Origin: Alphaproteobacteria bacterium
GTDB lineage: Bacteria; Pseudomonadota; Alphaproteobacteria; CAAHEQ01; UBA3637
DNA length: 64,000 bases
Direction of reading: 5' to 3'
Assembly: GCA_045605805.1 (NCBI GenBank)
Contig: JAZUQR010000010.1
Span: 70,815-134,814, forward strand
In this document: positions 8,592 to 17,752 of the stretch, one piece after another
How positions within the stretch are numbered: position 1 is the stretch's first letter
Layout: each line of letters starts with the position of its first letter
Translations under genes and position numbers: made by a program
The notes under the pieces: generated by a model
The model's database searches: none
Told to the model about the DNA's origin: nothing
What the model saw: the letters and a program-made list of their open reading frames with translations, nothing else

Positions 8592-9800
8592 ATGGAAAAA
8601 TCACGCAATACCGGTAATTTTTTGTTTATTATTTTTTGGTGGCTTGTGCAACATTTGAACATTCGTTGGGCTCATAAACTTTTATATTGGGGATTAAGAG
8701 ATGGTTCTTTCCCTTCGGGGCATATGTCCGATCCGATTTTAGGGATTGATTTATTTGGTCGCCATTTATCCACGCCTCTTGGTATTTCAGACGGTGTGGA
8801 TAAACGGGGAAACATTTTAGACACCTTGATGCAGATGGGATATAGTTTTGGTACTTTTGGACCCTATACTTTGGAAAAAGAGATGCCCCCCAATGAAAAG
8901 TTTTTTTTCAAAAAAGATAAGGCTATTATTACTCAATGTACAGGATATCGCAACCCTGGTATCTTAAAAATGATGCCATGGTTTGTGAAGCGTCGTTATT
9001 TACCTCATTTTGTTGGGATTGACATTGCCATTCCTGCGGAAAATGAAGAAAGCAACATCAAACAGGGGCGACATTTTGCTTATGTGGATGAATTTGTTTT
9101 AATGTCACAACGCATTGCACCTTATTGTGATTTTATCACTTTGGATTTTTCGCACACCAACTCGGAACTGTGTGTTTTAATGGTGGATGCTTCAACGATT
9201 TTGCCCATTATTCGGGCTGTTAAAGAAACCGTGAAACAGGCCGCCCCTATTCGCCCACCAAAGGTTTTTGTTAAAATCCCGTTGGATTTGAATATGATGG
9301 AGATTCCGCTTGTTGCTCAAACTCTTTTAGGCGGTGAAGTGGATGGTGTTGTTGTGGCGGGCCCTATGTCTTTGGCCAAAAATACACGCATTCGCATTCA
9401 AGGCGCAAAAGAACATCAAATGTCGGGCATGGTTATTGGTCAACCCACACATGAATATACCACCGAACTTATTCGGCGTTTATATACCCATTTGAAAGGC
9501 CGGATTCCCATTATTGCTTGTGGCGGTGTGTTTGACGGTAAAAGTGCTTTTGAACATATTGCGGCCGGTGCTTCTTTGGTTTCCGTGGATGAGGCCAGCT
9601 TGATTTTTGAAGGCCCTGGCATTATTCACAAGATTCATAAAGAATTGATTGAAATTTTACACAACAAAAAATTTCATTCTTTTGCCGAAGCCATTGGTTG
9701 CGACACCCAAGAGGTTATTGCTGAGACAGCTGTACCTATGACTGCACCGCAACCGCAATCAACGCCTATGGAAAATTCTGTACCACCGCATCAAGGTTAA
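8592..9800 (+). CDS. pyrD: Dihydroorotate dehydrogenase (class 2, quinone-dependent)-like, divergent, with an extra ~45-aa C-terminal tail
   Basis: Colinear with the PyrD core: LGISDGVDKRGN…GYSFGTFGP…, IPIIACGGVFDGKSAFEHIAAGASLV…. Confidence 0.55.
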   Translation: MEKSRNTGNFLFIIFWWLVQHLNIRWAHKLLYWGLRDGSFPSGHMSDPILGIDLFGRHLSTPLGISDGVDKRGNILDTLMQMGYSFGTFGPYTLEKEMPPNEKFFFKKDKAIITQCTGYRNPGILKMMPWFVKRRYLPHFVGIDIAIPAENEESNIKQGRHFAYVDEFVLMSQRIAPYCDFITLDFSHTNSELCVLMVDASTILPIIRAVKETVKQAAPIRPPKVFVKIPLDLNMMEIPLVAQTLLGGEVDGVVVAGPMSLAKNTRIRIQGAKEHQMSGMVIGQPTHEYTTELIRRLYTHLKGRIPIIACGGVFDGKSAFEHIAAGASLVSVDEASLIFEGPGIIHKIHKELIEILHNKKFHSFAEAIGCDTQEVIAETAVPMTAPQPQSTPMENSVPPHQG

Positions 9801-9825
9801 GTCATTTCAAAAAAAAGGGGGGGAT

Positions 9826-11394
9826 ATGACTTCACAAGACCTTGTGACAAAACTTTGGGATGAAGCACGTCCTGTGATTCAAGAAGGGTTGGCCGTTTTG
9901 AATAAAACCCTTATTTTGGGTTTGCCGGCTTCTTCCATGCCGCCTGTTTCCAAAGAACAAGACACAGGCATTGGCTCTCCCTATGGCGAAGGGGCGGCTC
10001 GGGTATGGCGCTTTTGGCACAGTATTATTCACAAAATAATGATTGGACCGATTGGGAAGACCAGTGCGGTCACTTGGCATTCGCCCTATCTATCTTCATG
10101 GGATTACAATCCGTTTTTAATTGATTTGGAAAAATTGGTTCAACGCAAATGGCTTAGCAAAAAAACTTTGAATAAAATCTGGTACACGCCAAAAAAAGAT
10201 GGCTATATTGATTTTCATCAGGTTGAGTCCGACTATCTTATGGCGTTATCCGAAGCCCATCAAAAATCAAAATCTTTGCTTTCTTTTGACAGCTTTTGTA
10301 ATCAGCTTTTGCGTGAACAAATGCAACGCACTTCTTTTTTATATGTGGGGGATATTCCCATCAACATTCCCACCAGAGTCAGCACACGCCATCCTGATTG
10401 GTTTTTGAAAGATTGGAGTTTGGGGGCCCCTCCTGATCAATATTCGGATAAACCCCAAAAATGGGGATTTCCTGTCTTAAATCCAAATAAACTTTTTTCA
10501 TCCGATAAAACGCAGCCGTTGGGGCCGGCCGGCAGAATGTTCAAAAAATTGATGCGTTTTTATCTTGCCGGCAACAGGGGCGGCATTCGTATTGACCATT
10601 TTATCGGGTGGGTTGATCCTTATTGTTTTTATACAGGCAAAAAAAATTATTCCAACGGCAGGCTTTATTCTTCCCCAAAACATCCCTTATTAAAGGCTTT
10701 TTATTTGAAAGATAAAAGACTATTCCAACGGATGACTCAATCTTTTTTAATGCCGTTTATTGATATTTTTCACCTTTCACCTATGGATATTTTTCCGGAA
10801 GATTTGGGTATTCGGCCTCCCCAAATGGATAAGGTTTTGAAAACCTTTCGCTTGGGCCGAATGTTGCCTGTCCAATTTAACGAACCACAAGACGGTACAC
10901 ATCTTTATCATTTAACTCAGGCACAAAAAGAAGACATTGCGGTGTTGGACACCCATGACAATCCACCTTTGTTGGCTTTTTTTGAACAATTACCTTTTGA
11001 AAAAAGACGGGCTTTTGCCCAACAACTGGCCACAGATTTACGCTTTCATTATACAGATGATTTATGCCAACCGGTTTGGCTTTATCGGATGCAATGGGGG
11101 GCCGCTTTGGCCTCGCCTGCCAAGCGGGTGATGGTTTTCTTTCCCACTTTGATGGGACAGGAGGGACGATATAATATCCCCGGTACTTTGGATTCGTGGC
11201 ATCTAAGATGTATAGCCGATTTTGAACGACATTATTTCAATGCCTTAAAACAGGGAAAGGCTTTTAATCCGTTTGAGGCGATTTGTTTGGCTATTTATGC
11301 CAAAGGGGATGCTTTTTATCACCAGCACGAACCATTGGTTCATAAACTGAGAACTTTGGAAGCCGATTTTTTTAATGCGCTTCAAGCCTCATGA
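9826..11394 (+). CDS. malQ: 4-alpha-glucanotransferase (amylomaltase, GH77)-like
   Basis: GIGSPYG near the N-terminus, GGIRIDHFIGW (cf. conserved RIDHFRG), and DTHDNPP (cf. GTHDND). Confidence 0.6.
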   Translation: MTSQDLVTKLWDEARPVIQEGLAVLNKTLILGLPASSMPPVSKEQDTGIGSPYGEGAARVWRFWHSIIHKIMIGPIGKTSAVTWHSPYLSSWDYNPFLIDLEKLVQRKWLSKKTLNKIWYTPKKDGYIDFHQVESDYLMALSEAHQKSKSLLSFDSFCNQLLREQMQRTSFLYVGDIPINIPTRVSTRHPDWFLKDWSLGAPPDQYSDKPQKWGFPVLNPNKLFSSDKTQPLGPAGRMFKKLMRFYLAGNRGGIRIDHFIGWVDPYCFYTGKKNYSNGRLYSSPKHPLLKAFYLKDKRLFQRMTQSFLMPFIDIFHLSPMDIFPEDLGIRPPQMDKVLKTFRLGRMLPVQFNEPQDGTHLYHLTQAQKEDIAVLDTHDNPPLLAFFEQLPFEKRRAFAQQLATDLRFHYTDDLCQPVWLYRMQWGAALASPAKRVMVFFPTLMGQEGRYNIPGTLDSWHLRCIADFERHYFNALKQGKAFNPFEAICLAIYAKGDAFYHQHEPLVHKLRTLEADFFNALQAS

Positions 11395-11456
11395 TTTTAC
11401 TTGACAAAAGCCTGTAAAAGATTATGCTAGACTATATATTATAAAAAGGAGATTTT

Positions 11457-12230
11457 ATGTCAAAAGTTGCTGTGATTATCCCTACTCGTTTAGGTTCTAC
11501 TCGTTTGCCCAATAAGCCCTTGGCCATTGTGAACGGCAAAACCGTGATTCAACATGTTTATGAGCATGCTATTCAGGTTCACCCAAAAGAAGATGTGTAC
11601 ATTGCGGCCGGTGATGAAGCTATTGTGGAAGAAGCCAAAAAGTTTAATGCTCAATGTGTTTTAACGCCTGCCAGCTTACCTTCTGGAACAGACCGTATTG
11701 TTTGTGCGTTGAAAACCATTGACCCTGACGGCACAAAATATGACACCGTTGTCAATTTTCAAGGAGATGGTATCAATGTGGATCCAAAATTAAATATGCG
11801 TTTGGTGGAATTGTTGGAAAAAACTGGGGCTGATTGGGTGACTGTCGGTAAAAAAATTACCTGCCCAGACGAAATTCAAAATCCAAACTATGTGAAGATT
11901 GCAATGGGCTTGAAAGACGGTGAAGATTATGGTCGGGCGCTTTATTTTTCCAGAAGTGCTGTGCCCTTTAATCGGGATAAAGATCCCCAAAAAGATTTTG
12001 CTTATTGGCATATTGGGATTTATGTGTATCGCACCGAGGCCTTAAAACGCTTTGTTGAATGCCCTGTGGGCATTTTGGAAGCCACCGAAAAATTGGAACA
12101 GCTGCGGGCATTGGAAAACGGCATGCAGATTTATGCGCTGATTGTACCAACCATTAAACTGATTGAAGATGCGCCCACCGATATCAATACACCCGAGGAA
12201 TTAGCCGAGGCACAAAAGTTTAATTTTTAA
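11457..12230 (+). CDS. kdsB: 3-deoxy-manno-octulosonate cytidylyltransferase (CMP-Kdo synthetase)
   Basis: MSKVAVIIPTRLGSTRLPNKPL N-terminal signature. 257 aa. Confidence 0.9.
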   Translation: MSKVAVIIPTRLGSTRLPNKPLAIVNGKTVIQHVYEHAIQVHPKEDVYIAAGDEAIVEEAKKFNAQCVLTPASLPSGTDRIVCALKTIDPDGTKYDTVVNFQGDGINVDPKLNMRLVELLEKTGADWVTVGKKITCPDEIQNPNYVKIAMGLKDGEDYGRALYFSRSAVPFNRDKDPQKDFAYWHIGIYVYRTEALKRFVECPVGILEATEKLEQLRALENGMQIYALIVPTIKLIEDAPTDINTPEELAEAQKFNF

Positions 12231-12239
12231 GGACATTTT

Positions 12240-14216
12240 ATGTTTTATTTAACCGGATTTCATTTAACCAAAGATCATGTTCAACGGCTTGTCAAGCTGA
12301 CAAAAAGTGCCCCTTGGCCTAACAAAACCGTCCCTTTAATGGATGACCAAATGGGACAAAAATTGCCCGATCATACTGCTGTTTTGGTAAAAAATCCATC
12401 CGAACAAGAGTTGGTTCAATTGACCCGTCTTGCTCCCACAGCCATTGTAGATGCCAATGCATTAGATGCTTCGGTTCAATTTTTCTTAAAACGCATGGAT
12501 GCCTTGAAAAGCAAAAACAAGATGGGTTTTTTATTGACTTGTCCTGTGATTTATGCGTGCAACATTGCCCAAAACATTGTATCGGCTTTGCAAGAGTTTA
12601 TTCTTTTATCGGCCGATCAACAAGAAAGTATTCACTTTGCCCTTCACGAATCCATTGTGAATGGTTTGGTTCATGGTAATTTACAGATCAACAGTTCTAT
12701 GCGCCAATCGGCCCGAGATTTTATTGAATATGCCCGTTTATTGCATGACCGGTTAAATGATCCTAGCTATGCCCAAAAATCCATCAGTATCATTACCAGC
12801 TGGAACACCAAAAAATTGGAAATTAAAATTCGTGATGAAGGGGCGGGCTATGGTTCTACCACTTCTTCGGTGCGACAATCTTGTGCCATGCAGCACAAAA
12901 CAGGCCGAGGCATTCGGATTATTGCAGGGGCGGCCGATTCTTGTACGATTGAAGATTTTGGACGAGAAATTACTTTATCCTTTTTATTAAAAGAATCCAG
13001 CAATCCCCAGTGGACAAGTGGTTATTCAGAAGAAACTTCTTCCCAAAATGCATTGAACTTTTCCAAAGATTTATCTTCATCCAAGGTGTTGGTAATTGAA
13101 GACAATCCAAGCACACAAACTGTGTTAGGGCGACTTTTGAATTTAATCAGCATTGATGATGTCTCTTTTGCCTGTGATGGCGTTGAAGGCCTTAAATTAG
13201 CACATGACATCAAACCCGATTTAATTATTTTAGATATTACCATGCCTCGTATGGATGGTTATGAAGTGATTCAACACTTAAAAAATGATGCCTCAACTGC
13301 CACCATTCCTGTTTTAATTCAAACGGCTTCGGATAATCGGGAAACCAGAGAAAAAACTTTCAGGGCTGGCGCAACCGACTTTATTACTAAACCCATCAAT
13401 CCCTTAGAGTTCTTTTCTCGGGTGCGTGTTCATTTGGAAAACCGGTTATTGGTGCGTCATTTATCCACTCAATTAGAACAGATTGAATCCGAACTTCATT
13501 CTGCCAGACGCATGCAAATTGATATGCTTCCGAAAGACGATGTCTTAAAGACCTTGCAACAAGATTATCGTTTAACGATTGCACATCATTTTGCCCCTTC
13601 CTCATTGCTGGGAGGAGACTTTTGGCAAATTATTCCCATATCGGCCAACAAAGTCGGCTTTTATATTTGTGACTTTTCCGGACATGGTGTGGCCAGTGCC
13701 TTGAATACTTTCCGTTTACATGCTTTGGTCAGCCAAAACAACCGCCGTATTCATTCTCCGGCTGATTTTTTGAAAAAACTCAACAAGCAAATGCACACTC
13801 TTTTGCCCCGGGGCCAGTTTGCCACTTTGTTTTTGGGGATTTATGACAAACGCAAAAAAACTTTGCTTTTTTCGGGGGCGGGTGCGCCAAATCCGATTTG
13901 GATTCATCAAAACAAACAACTTTCTTTGAACGCAGAGGGGATGCCTTTGGGGATTGTGACCAATCCCACTTATCAAGATACAATCATTCGTTTGACAAAA
14001 GGGGATTCTTTACTGCTGTACAGTGATGCGCTGACAGAATCTTTAACCACAAAGGGGTTGCGTTTGGGCGATACCGCCTTTAAGCGGATGGTTAAAAAAC
14101 ATATTGTTGGGACAGATCCCAATGCGGGTTTGGATGAATTGATGCAACATTTTTTCAAATTAGCCCCTCCGCCCCCCTCGGACGATGTGACAGCCGTGTT
14201 ATTGAAGTGGGAGTAA
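12240..14216 (+). CDS. Multidomain signalling protein: N-terminal region, then an RsbW/SpoIIAB-like HATPase_c serine-kinase domain, a CheY-like receiver domain, and a PP2C (SpoIIE/RsbU-like) phosphatase
   Basis: HATPase-like HESIVNGLVHGN…LEIKIRDEGAGY…GRGIRII. Receiver: VLVIEDNP…DLIILDITMPRMDG…TDFITKP. PP2C: GGDFW…DFSGHGVASAL…LYSDALTE. Confidence 0.7.
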   Translation: MFYLTGFHLTKDHVQRLVKLTKSAPWPNKTVPLMDDQMGQKLPDHTAVLVKNPSEQELVQLTRLAPTAIVDANALDASVQFFLKRMDALKSKNKMGFLLTCPVIYACNIAQNIVSALQEFILLSADQQESIHFALHESIVNGLVHGNLQINSSMRQSARDFIEYARLLHDRLNDPSYAQKSISIITSWNTKKLEIKIRDEGAGYGSTTSSVRQSCAMQHKTGRGIRIIAGAADSCTIEDFGREITLSFLLKESSNPQWTSGYSEETSSQNALNFSKDLSSSKVLVIEDNPSTQTVLGRLLNLISIDDVSFACDGVEGLKLAHDIKPDLIILDITMPRMDGYEVIQHLKNDASTATIPVLIQTASDNRETREKTFRAGATDFITKPINPLEFFSRVRVHLENRLLVRHLSTQLEQIESELHSARRMQIDMLPKDDVLKTLQQDYRLTIAHHFAPSSLLGGDFWQIIPISANKVGFYICDFSGHGVASALNTFRLHALVSQNNRRIHSPADFLKKLNKQMHTLLPRGQFATLFLGIYDKRKKTLLFSGAGAPNPIWIHQNKQLSLNAEGMPLGIVTNPTYQDTIIRLTKGDSLLLYSDALTESLTTKGLRLGDTAFKRMVKKHIVGTDPNAGLDELMQHFFKLAPPPPSDDVTAVLLKWE

Positions 14217-14218
14217 AA

Positions 14219-14935
14219 ATGATTCGCTTATATGTTTCGGAGCCCTTATTAAAAGATATTGTGATTGCTTTGGATGACAAGGCTCAACACTATCTTTTGC
14301 ATGTTATGCGCCAACATGACGGTGATGTTTTATTATGTTTTAACGGCACAGATGGGGAATGGAAATGCCGCTTGACGATGACTGGAAAAAAGAAGGCTGT
14401 TTTGCAGGTTTTGGAACAAACTCGCCCGCAAACTCAACCCGAATTTTGTGCCATTTGTCCGGCTTTGATTAAAAAAGACAATATGGATATTATTCTTCAA
14501 AAGGCCACAGAGTTGGGGGTGACAGATATTTATCCCATTTTAAGCGAACACACCTCACACCCACACTTTAATATGCCTCATGCTTTGGCTGTGGTGAAAG
14601 AGGCGGCCGAACAATGCGAACGCTTGACTCTGCCTGTGATTCATTCTCCTATGCCGTTAGTGGATTTAAGTAAAAACTTGCCCTCAGATTGTGCTTGTTA
14701 TTATTTGGCGGAACGACAGGCGGCGTCCTCTTTATTGCCTGAGCGTGGGCCGGTTGCTTTTGTGGTTGGGCCAGAGGGCGGATGGAGTGAAAAAGAAAAT
14801 CTGTTTTTCCAAAAGTCCGATTTTATCCCTTTGCACTTTGATGTGGGTATTTTAAGGGCAGAAACGGCCTGTATTGCGATTTTGTCTTGTTGGCAGATTG
14901 GACGCCATTTACAAAAAAATAACTTGCATTTTTGA
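14219..14935 (+). CDS. rsmE: 16S rRNA (uracil1498-N3)-methyltransferase RsmE
   Basis: MIRLYV… start and C-terminal GPEGGWSEKE motif. The start overlaps the upstream gene's stop. Confidence 0.75.
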   Translation: MIRLYVSEPLLKDIVIALDDKAQHYLLHVMRQHDGDVLLCFNGTDGEWKCRLTMTGKKKAVLQVLEQTRPQTQPEFCAICPALIKKDNMDIILQKATELGVTDIYPILSEHTSHPHFNMPHALAVVKEAAEQCERLTLPVIHSPMPLVDLSKNLPSDCACYYLAERQAASSLLPERGPVAFVVGPEGGWSEKENLFFQKSDFIPLHFDVGILRAETACIAILSCWQIGRHLQKNNLHF

Positions 14936-14971
14936 TAAAGGGTTGCTAGTATCAAAAGAAAGGGAGTTATT

Positions 14972-15853
14972 ATGAGAAAGAAAAAATCTTTTTTTGCTTT
15001 GATGGTATTGTGTGTCGGTTTGTTTTCCGCCCACGCCCAAGCCTCGCTTGTTGTTTGTCAAGATGGATCTTGTCAAAAAGTTTTAGATCAAGCCGATTTT
15101 CTGCCTTGGTTAAAAAAACTGCATGCTTATTTCAAAACCCCCAATGCTCGGATTGATTTTTGTGAAGCAGAGGCGCAAAAGCGTTCCTGTTTGGCTGAGG
15201 GGTTGAATTGGACGGCCCAATCTGCTTTGGCGCCTGTCTCTTTTTCAACAAAGGTTGCCCGTACGGCCCCCTTTAAGAACACGCTTTTATTGGATTATTT
15301 AATTACAGCCAATTCTTCTTGGCCCGATTGTTCATACGCTTTAACTACATTTGACAAATCATCGGATAATTCCATCCGTATGGTATCGCATGCATTTGAA
15401 TGTCAATTGGCAGATTTTAGCAAAACACACCTTCAAAACTCGTTTTTCATTGATTACATCAACTTTGATGATGGTAAAATCGGGGCAAAATATGTGATTC
15501 AAATCAATGGGGCGGTGAATGGACAAGCCGCCGGATATGCCGTTATGACTTTCAGAGACGGCAACACTTTGCGTCCATTGATTCACCAAACAAATGTTGC
15601 GGATATGCCAGCACCACCTTCTTTGGCAGAGGCCAAACAAATTATACATCAACATCAATTGAATAACCCCAATCAACAGAAATCTAAATGGGAGATTTTC
15701 TCAGATGGTGTGAAGAATTGGTGGGGACAATTGAAAGATTCGTTTAACTTGGATATTGAAGAAGAACCCATTGAAGCCAAGGAGAATCCTTCTTGGTGGG
15801 ATAAGTTCACCGATAAGTTTATGAAAATTCTTTATTTAGAACCTCTGGATTAA
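14972..15853 (+). CDS. Hypothetical secreted or periplasmic protein
   Basis: Signal peptide MRKKKSFFALMVLCVGLFSAHAQAS. No recognisable domain. Confidence 0.45.
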   Translation: MRKKKSFFALMVLCVGLFSAHAQASLVVCQDGSCQKVLDQADFLPWLKKLHAYFKTPNARIDFCEAEAQKRSCLAEGLNWTAQSALAPVSFSTKVARTAPFKNTLLLDYLITANSSWPDCSYALTTFDKSSDNSIRMVSHAFECQLADFSKTHLQNSFFIDYINFDDGKIGAKYVIQINGAVNGQAAGYAVMTFRDGNTLRPLIHQTNVADMPAPPSLAEAKQIIHQHQLNNPNQQKSKWEIFSDGVKNWWGQLKDSFNLDIEEEPIEAKENPSWWDKFTDKFMKILYLEPLD

Positions 15854-15864
15854 AAGGATAGTAT

Positions 15865-17130
15865 ATGGCAAAAACAATTGAAATTTCCCGTTTATCAAAC
15901 GGCATTCAAGTTATCACAGACACACAACCTTCGTTAGATTCCGTCACATTGGGGGCATGGGTTGGTGTTGGGTCACGCTTTGAAAAAAAAGAAGAAAGCG
16001 GTATTTCCCATTTTTTGGAGCATATGGCTTTTAAGGGAACAACCAACCGTTCCACTTTGCAAATTGCCAAAGAGATTGAACAAGTTGGCGGTTTTATCAA
16101 TGCCTATACTGGCCAAGATGTGACAGCCTATCATGCTCGGATGCTAAAAAAAGACATGGATATTGGGTTGGATATTATTGCCGATATTACCCAACACGCC
16201 ACGATGAACGAAAAGGAATTAAACACAGAAAAAGGTGTGATTATTCAAGAAATCAATATGTATAAAGATCAACCGCATGCTGTGGCAGAAGAAAACTTTG
16301 ATGCAGTGGCTTATCCGAATCAACCATTGGGGCGTTCTGTGGCCGGCAATGCCAAAGTGATTTTGGCTATGACACCCGAAAAAATGTTGACTTATATGAA
16401 AACGCATTACACGCCCAACCGGATTGTGGTCAGTGCTGTGGGGGCCATCAAGCATGATGCGTTTGTGAAAAAGTGCGAAAAATTGTTTTGTGATTTTGAA
16501 CAAAAACCGGCCGTAGTGGCCGAACCTGCCCATTACAAAGGCGGTTTCAAATATGTGAAAAAAGCCAACGAGCAAGTGAACCTTATTTTGGGCTTTGAAG
16601 GAGAATCGTATTTTTCAGAAGATATTTGGAAATCAAAATTGTTGTCCATGATTTTGGGGGGCGGTATGACAAGTCGCTTGTTCCAAGAAATTCGTGAAAA
16701 GCGTGGGTTGGTCTACACCGTTCATGCTTATTCTTCGGCCGAAACGGACACCGGTATTTTTGGCATTTATGCCGGCACAGGCAAAAAAGAATTGGGTGTT
16801 TTGATGCCTGTGTTGTTGAATGAGCTTAAAAAAGTTTCGTGCAAGGTGACGGATGAAGAAGTGGCACAAGCCCAAACTCGTTTGGAAGCGGCTTTGTTGA
16901 TGCGCAATGAAGAATTGTCTGACCATGCTGATTTGCATGCCATTGAGCTGTTGCGTTATGGCAAGGTGCGTTCCAAAGCCTCGCTTGTGAAAGCCATTCG
17001 TTCTGTGACAGCCAAAGACATACAAACCTATGCGGCCAAGATTTTTGCCACAACGCCCACTGTTTCATGTTTGGGGCCGGTTCAAAATATGATGTCGTAT
17101 GACGATATTGTGAAAACTTTGAAAGCGTGA
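15865..17130 (+). CDS. M16-family zinc peptidase (pitrilysin/processing-peptidase-like)
   Basis: Inverted zinc motif HFLEHMAFKGT (HxxEH) and downstream E. 421 aa. Confidence 0.8.
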   Translation: MAKTIEISRLSNGIQVITDTQPSLDSVTLGAWVGVGSRFEKKEESGISHFLEHMAFKGTTNRSTLQIAKEIEQVGGFINAYTGQDVTAYHARMLKKDMDIGLDIIADITQHATMNEKELNTEKGVIIQEINMYKDQPHAVAEENFDAVAYPNQPLGRSVAGNAKVILAMTPEKMLTYMKTHYTPNRIVVSAVGAIKHDAFVKKCEKLFCDFEQKPAVVAEPAHYKGGFKYVKKANEQVNLILGFEGESYFSEDIWKSKLLSMILGGGMTSRLFQEIREKRGLVYTVHAYSSAETDTGIFGIYAGTGKKELGVLMPVLLNELKKVSCKVTDEEVAQAQTRLEAALLMRNEELSDHADLHAIELLRYGKVRSKASLVKAIRSVTAKDIQTYAAKIFATTPTVSCLGPVQNMMSYDDIVKTLKA

Positions 17131-17131
17131 T

Positions 17132-17752
17132 ATGCCCGATTTTTCCTTTGAACAGCAATATGCCGCGGGCGGATTTGTGTTTGGTTTTGATGAAGCGGGG
17201 CGTGGCCCTTGGTGTGGCCCAGTGGTGGCCGCCTGCGTCTGTTGGCCTCAGTTGAAGATAGATGCCAAATTGGCAAGGCAAATCAATGATTCCAAAAAGT
17301 TGACTGCCAAAAAGCGAGAGGTTTTGTTTGATTTGATTATGGCTTCGCCTGCCCTTGTGGGGGTTGGACAAGCCAGCGCCCAAGAAATTGACCGTTTGAA
17401 CATTTTACAGGCCACTTTTTTAGCCATGCAACGAGCGTTGGAGCAAGTGCAACAGCAAGGTCACAAGGTGGATTTTGTGTTGATTGACGGCAACCGTTTG
17501 CCCAAATGGGATATGCCTTGCAAGGCTTTGATTAAAGGGGATTCGTTAAGCCTTTCCATTGCTTCGGCCAGCATTATTGCCAAAGTGACCCGAGACAGAT
17601 TGATGTGTGCTTTGGCCAAAGAATGGCCCGCCTATGGGTGGGATAAAAATGCCGGCTATGGCACAAAGGAACATCTTTTGGCTCTTGAACAATATGGCGT
17701 CACCCCTCATCACAGAAAATCCTATCGCCCTGTTCAAAAGTTATTGGGTTGA
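17132..17752 (+). CDS. rnhB: Ribonuclease HII
   Basis: GFDEAGRGPWCGPVVAA catalytic N-terminus. 206 aa. Confidence 0.9.
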   Translation: MPDFSFEQQYAAGGFVFGFDEAGRGPWCGPVVAACVCWPQLKIDAKLARQINDSKKLTAKKREVLFDLIMASPALVGVGQASAQEIDRLNILQATFLAMQRALEQVQQQGHKVDFVLIDGNRLPKWDMPCKALIKGDSLSLSIASASIIAKVTRDRLMCALAKEWPAYGWDKNAGYGTKEHLLALEQYGVTPHHRKSYRPVQKLLG

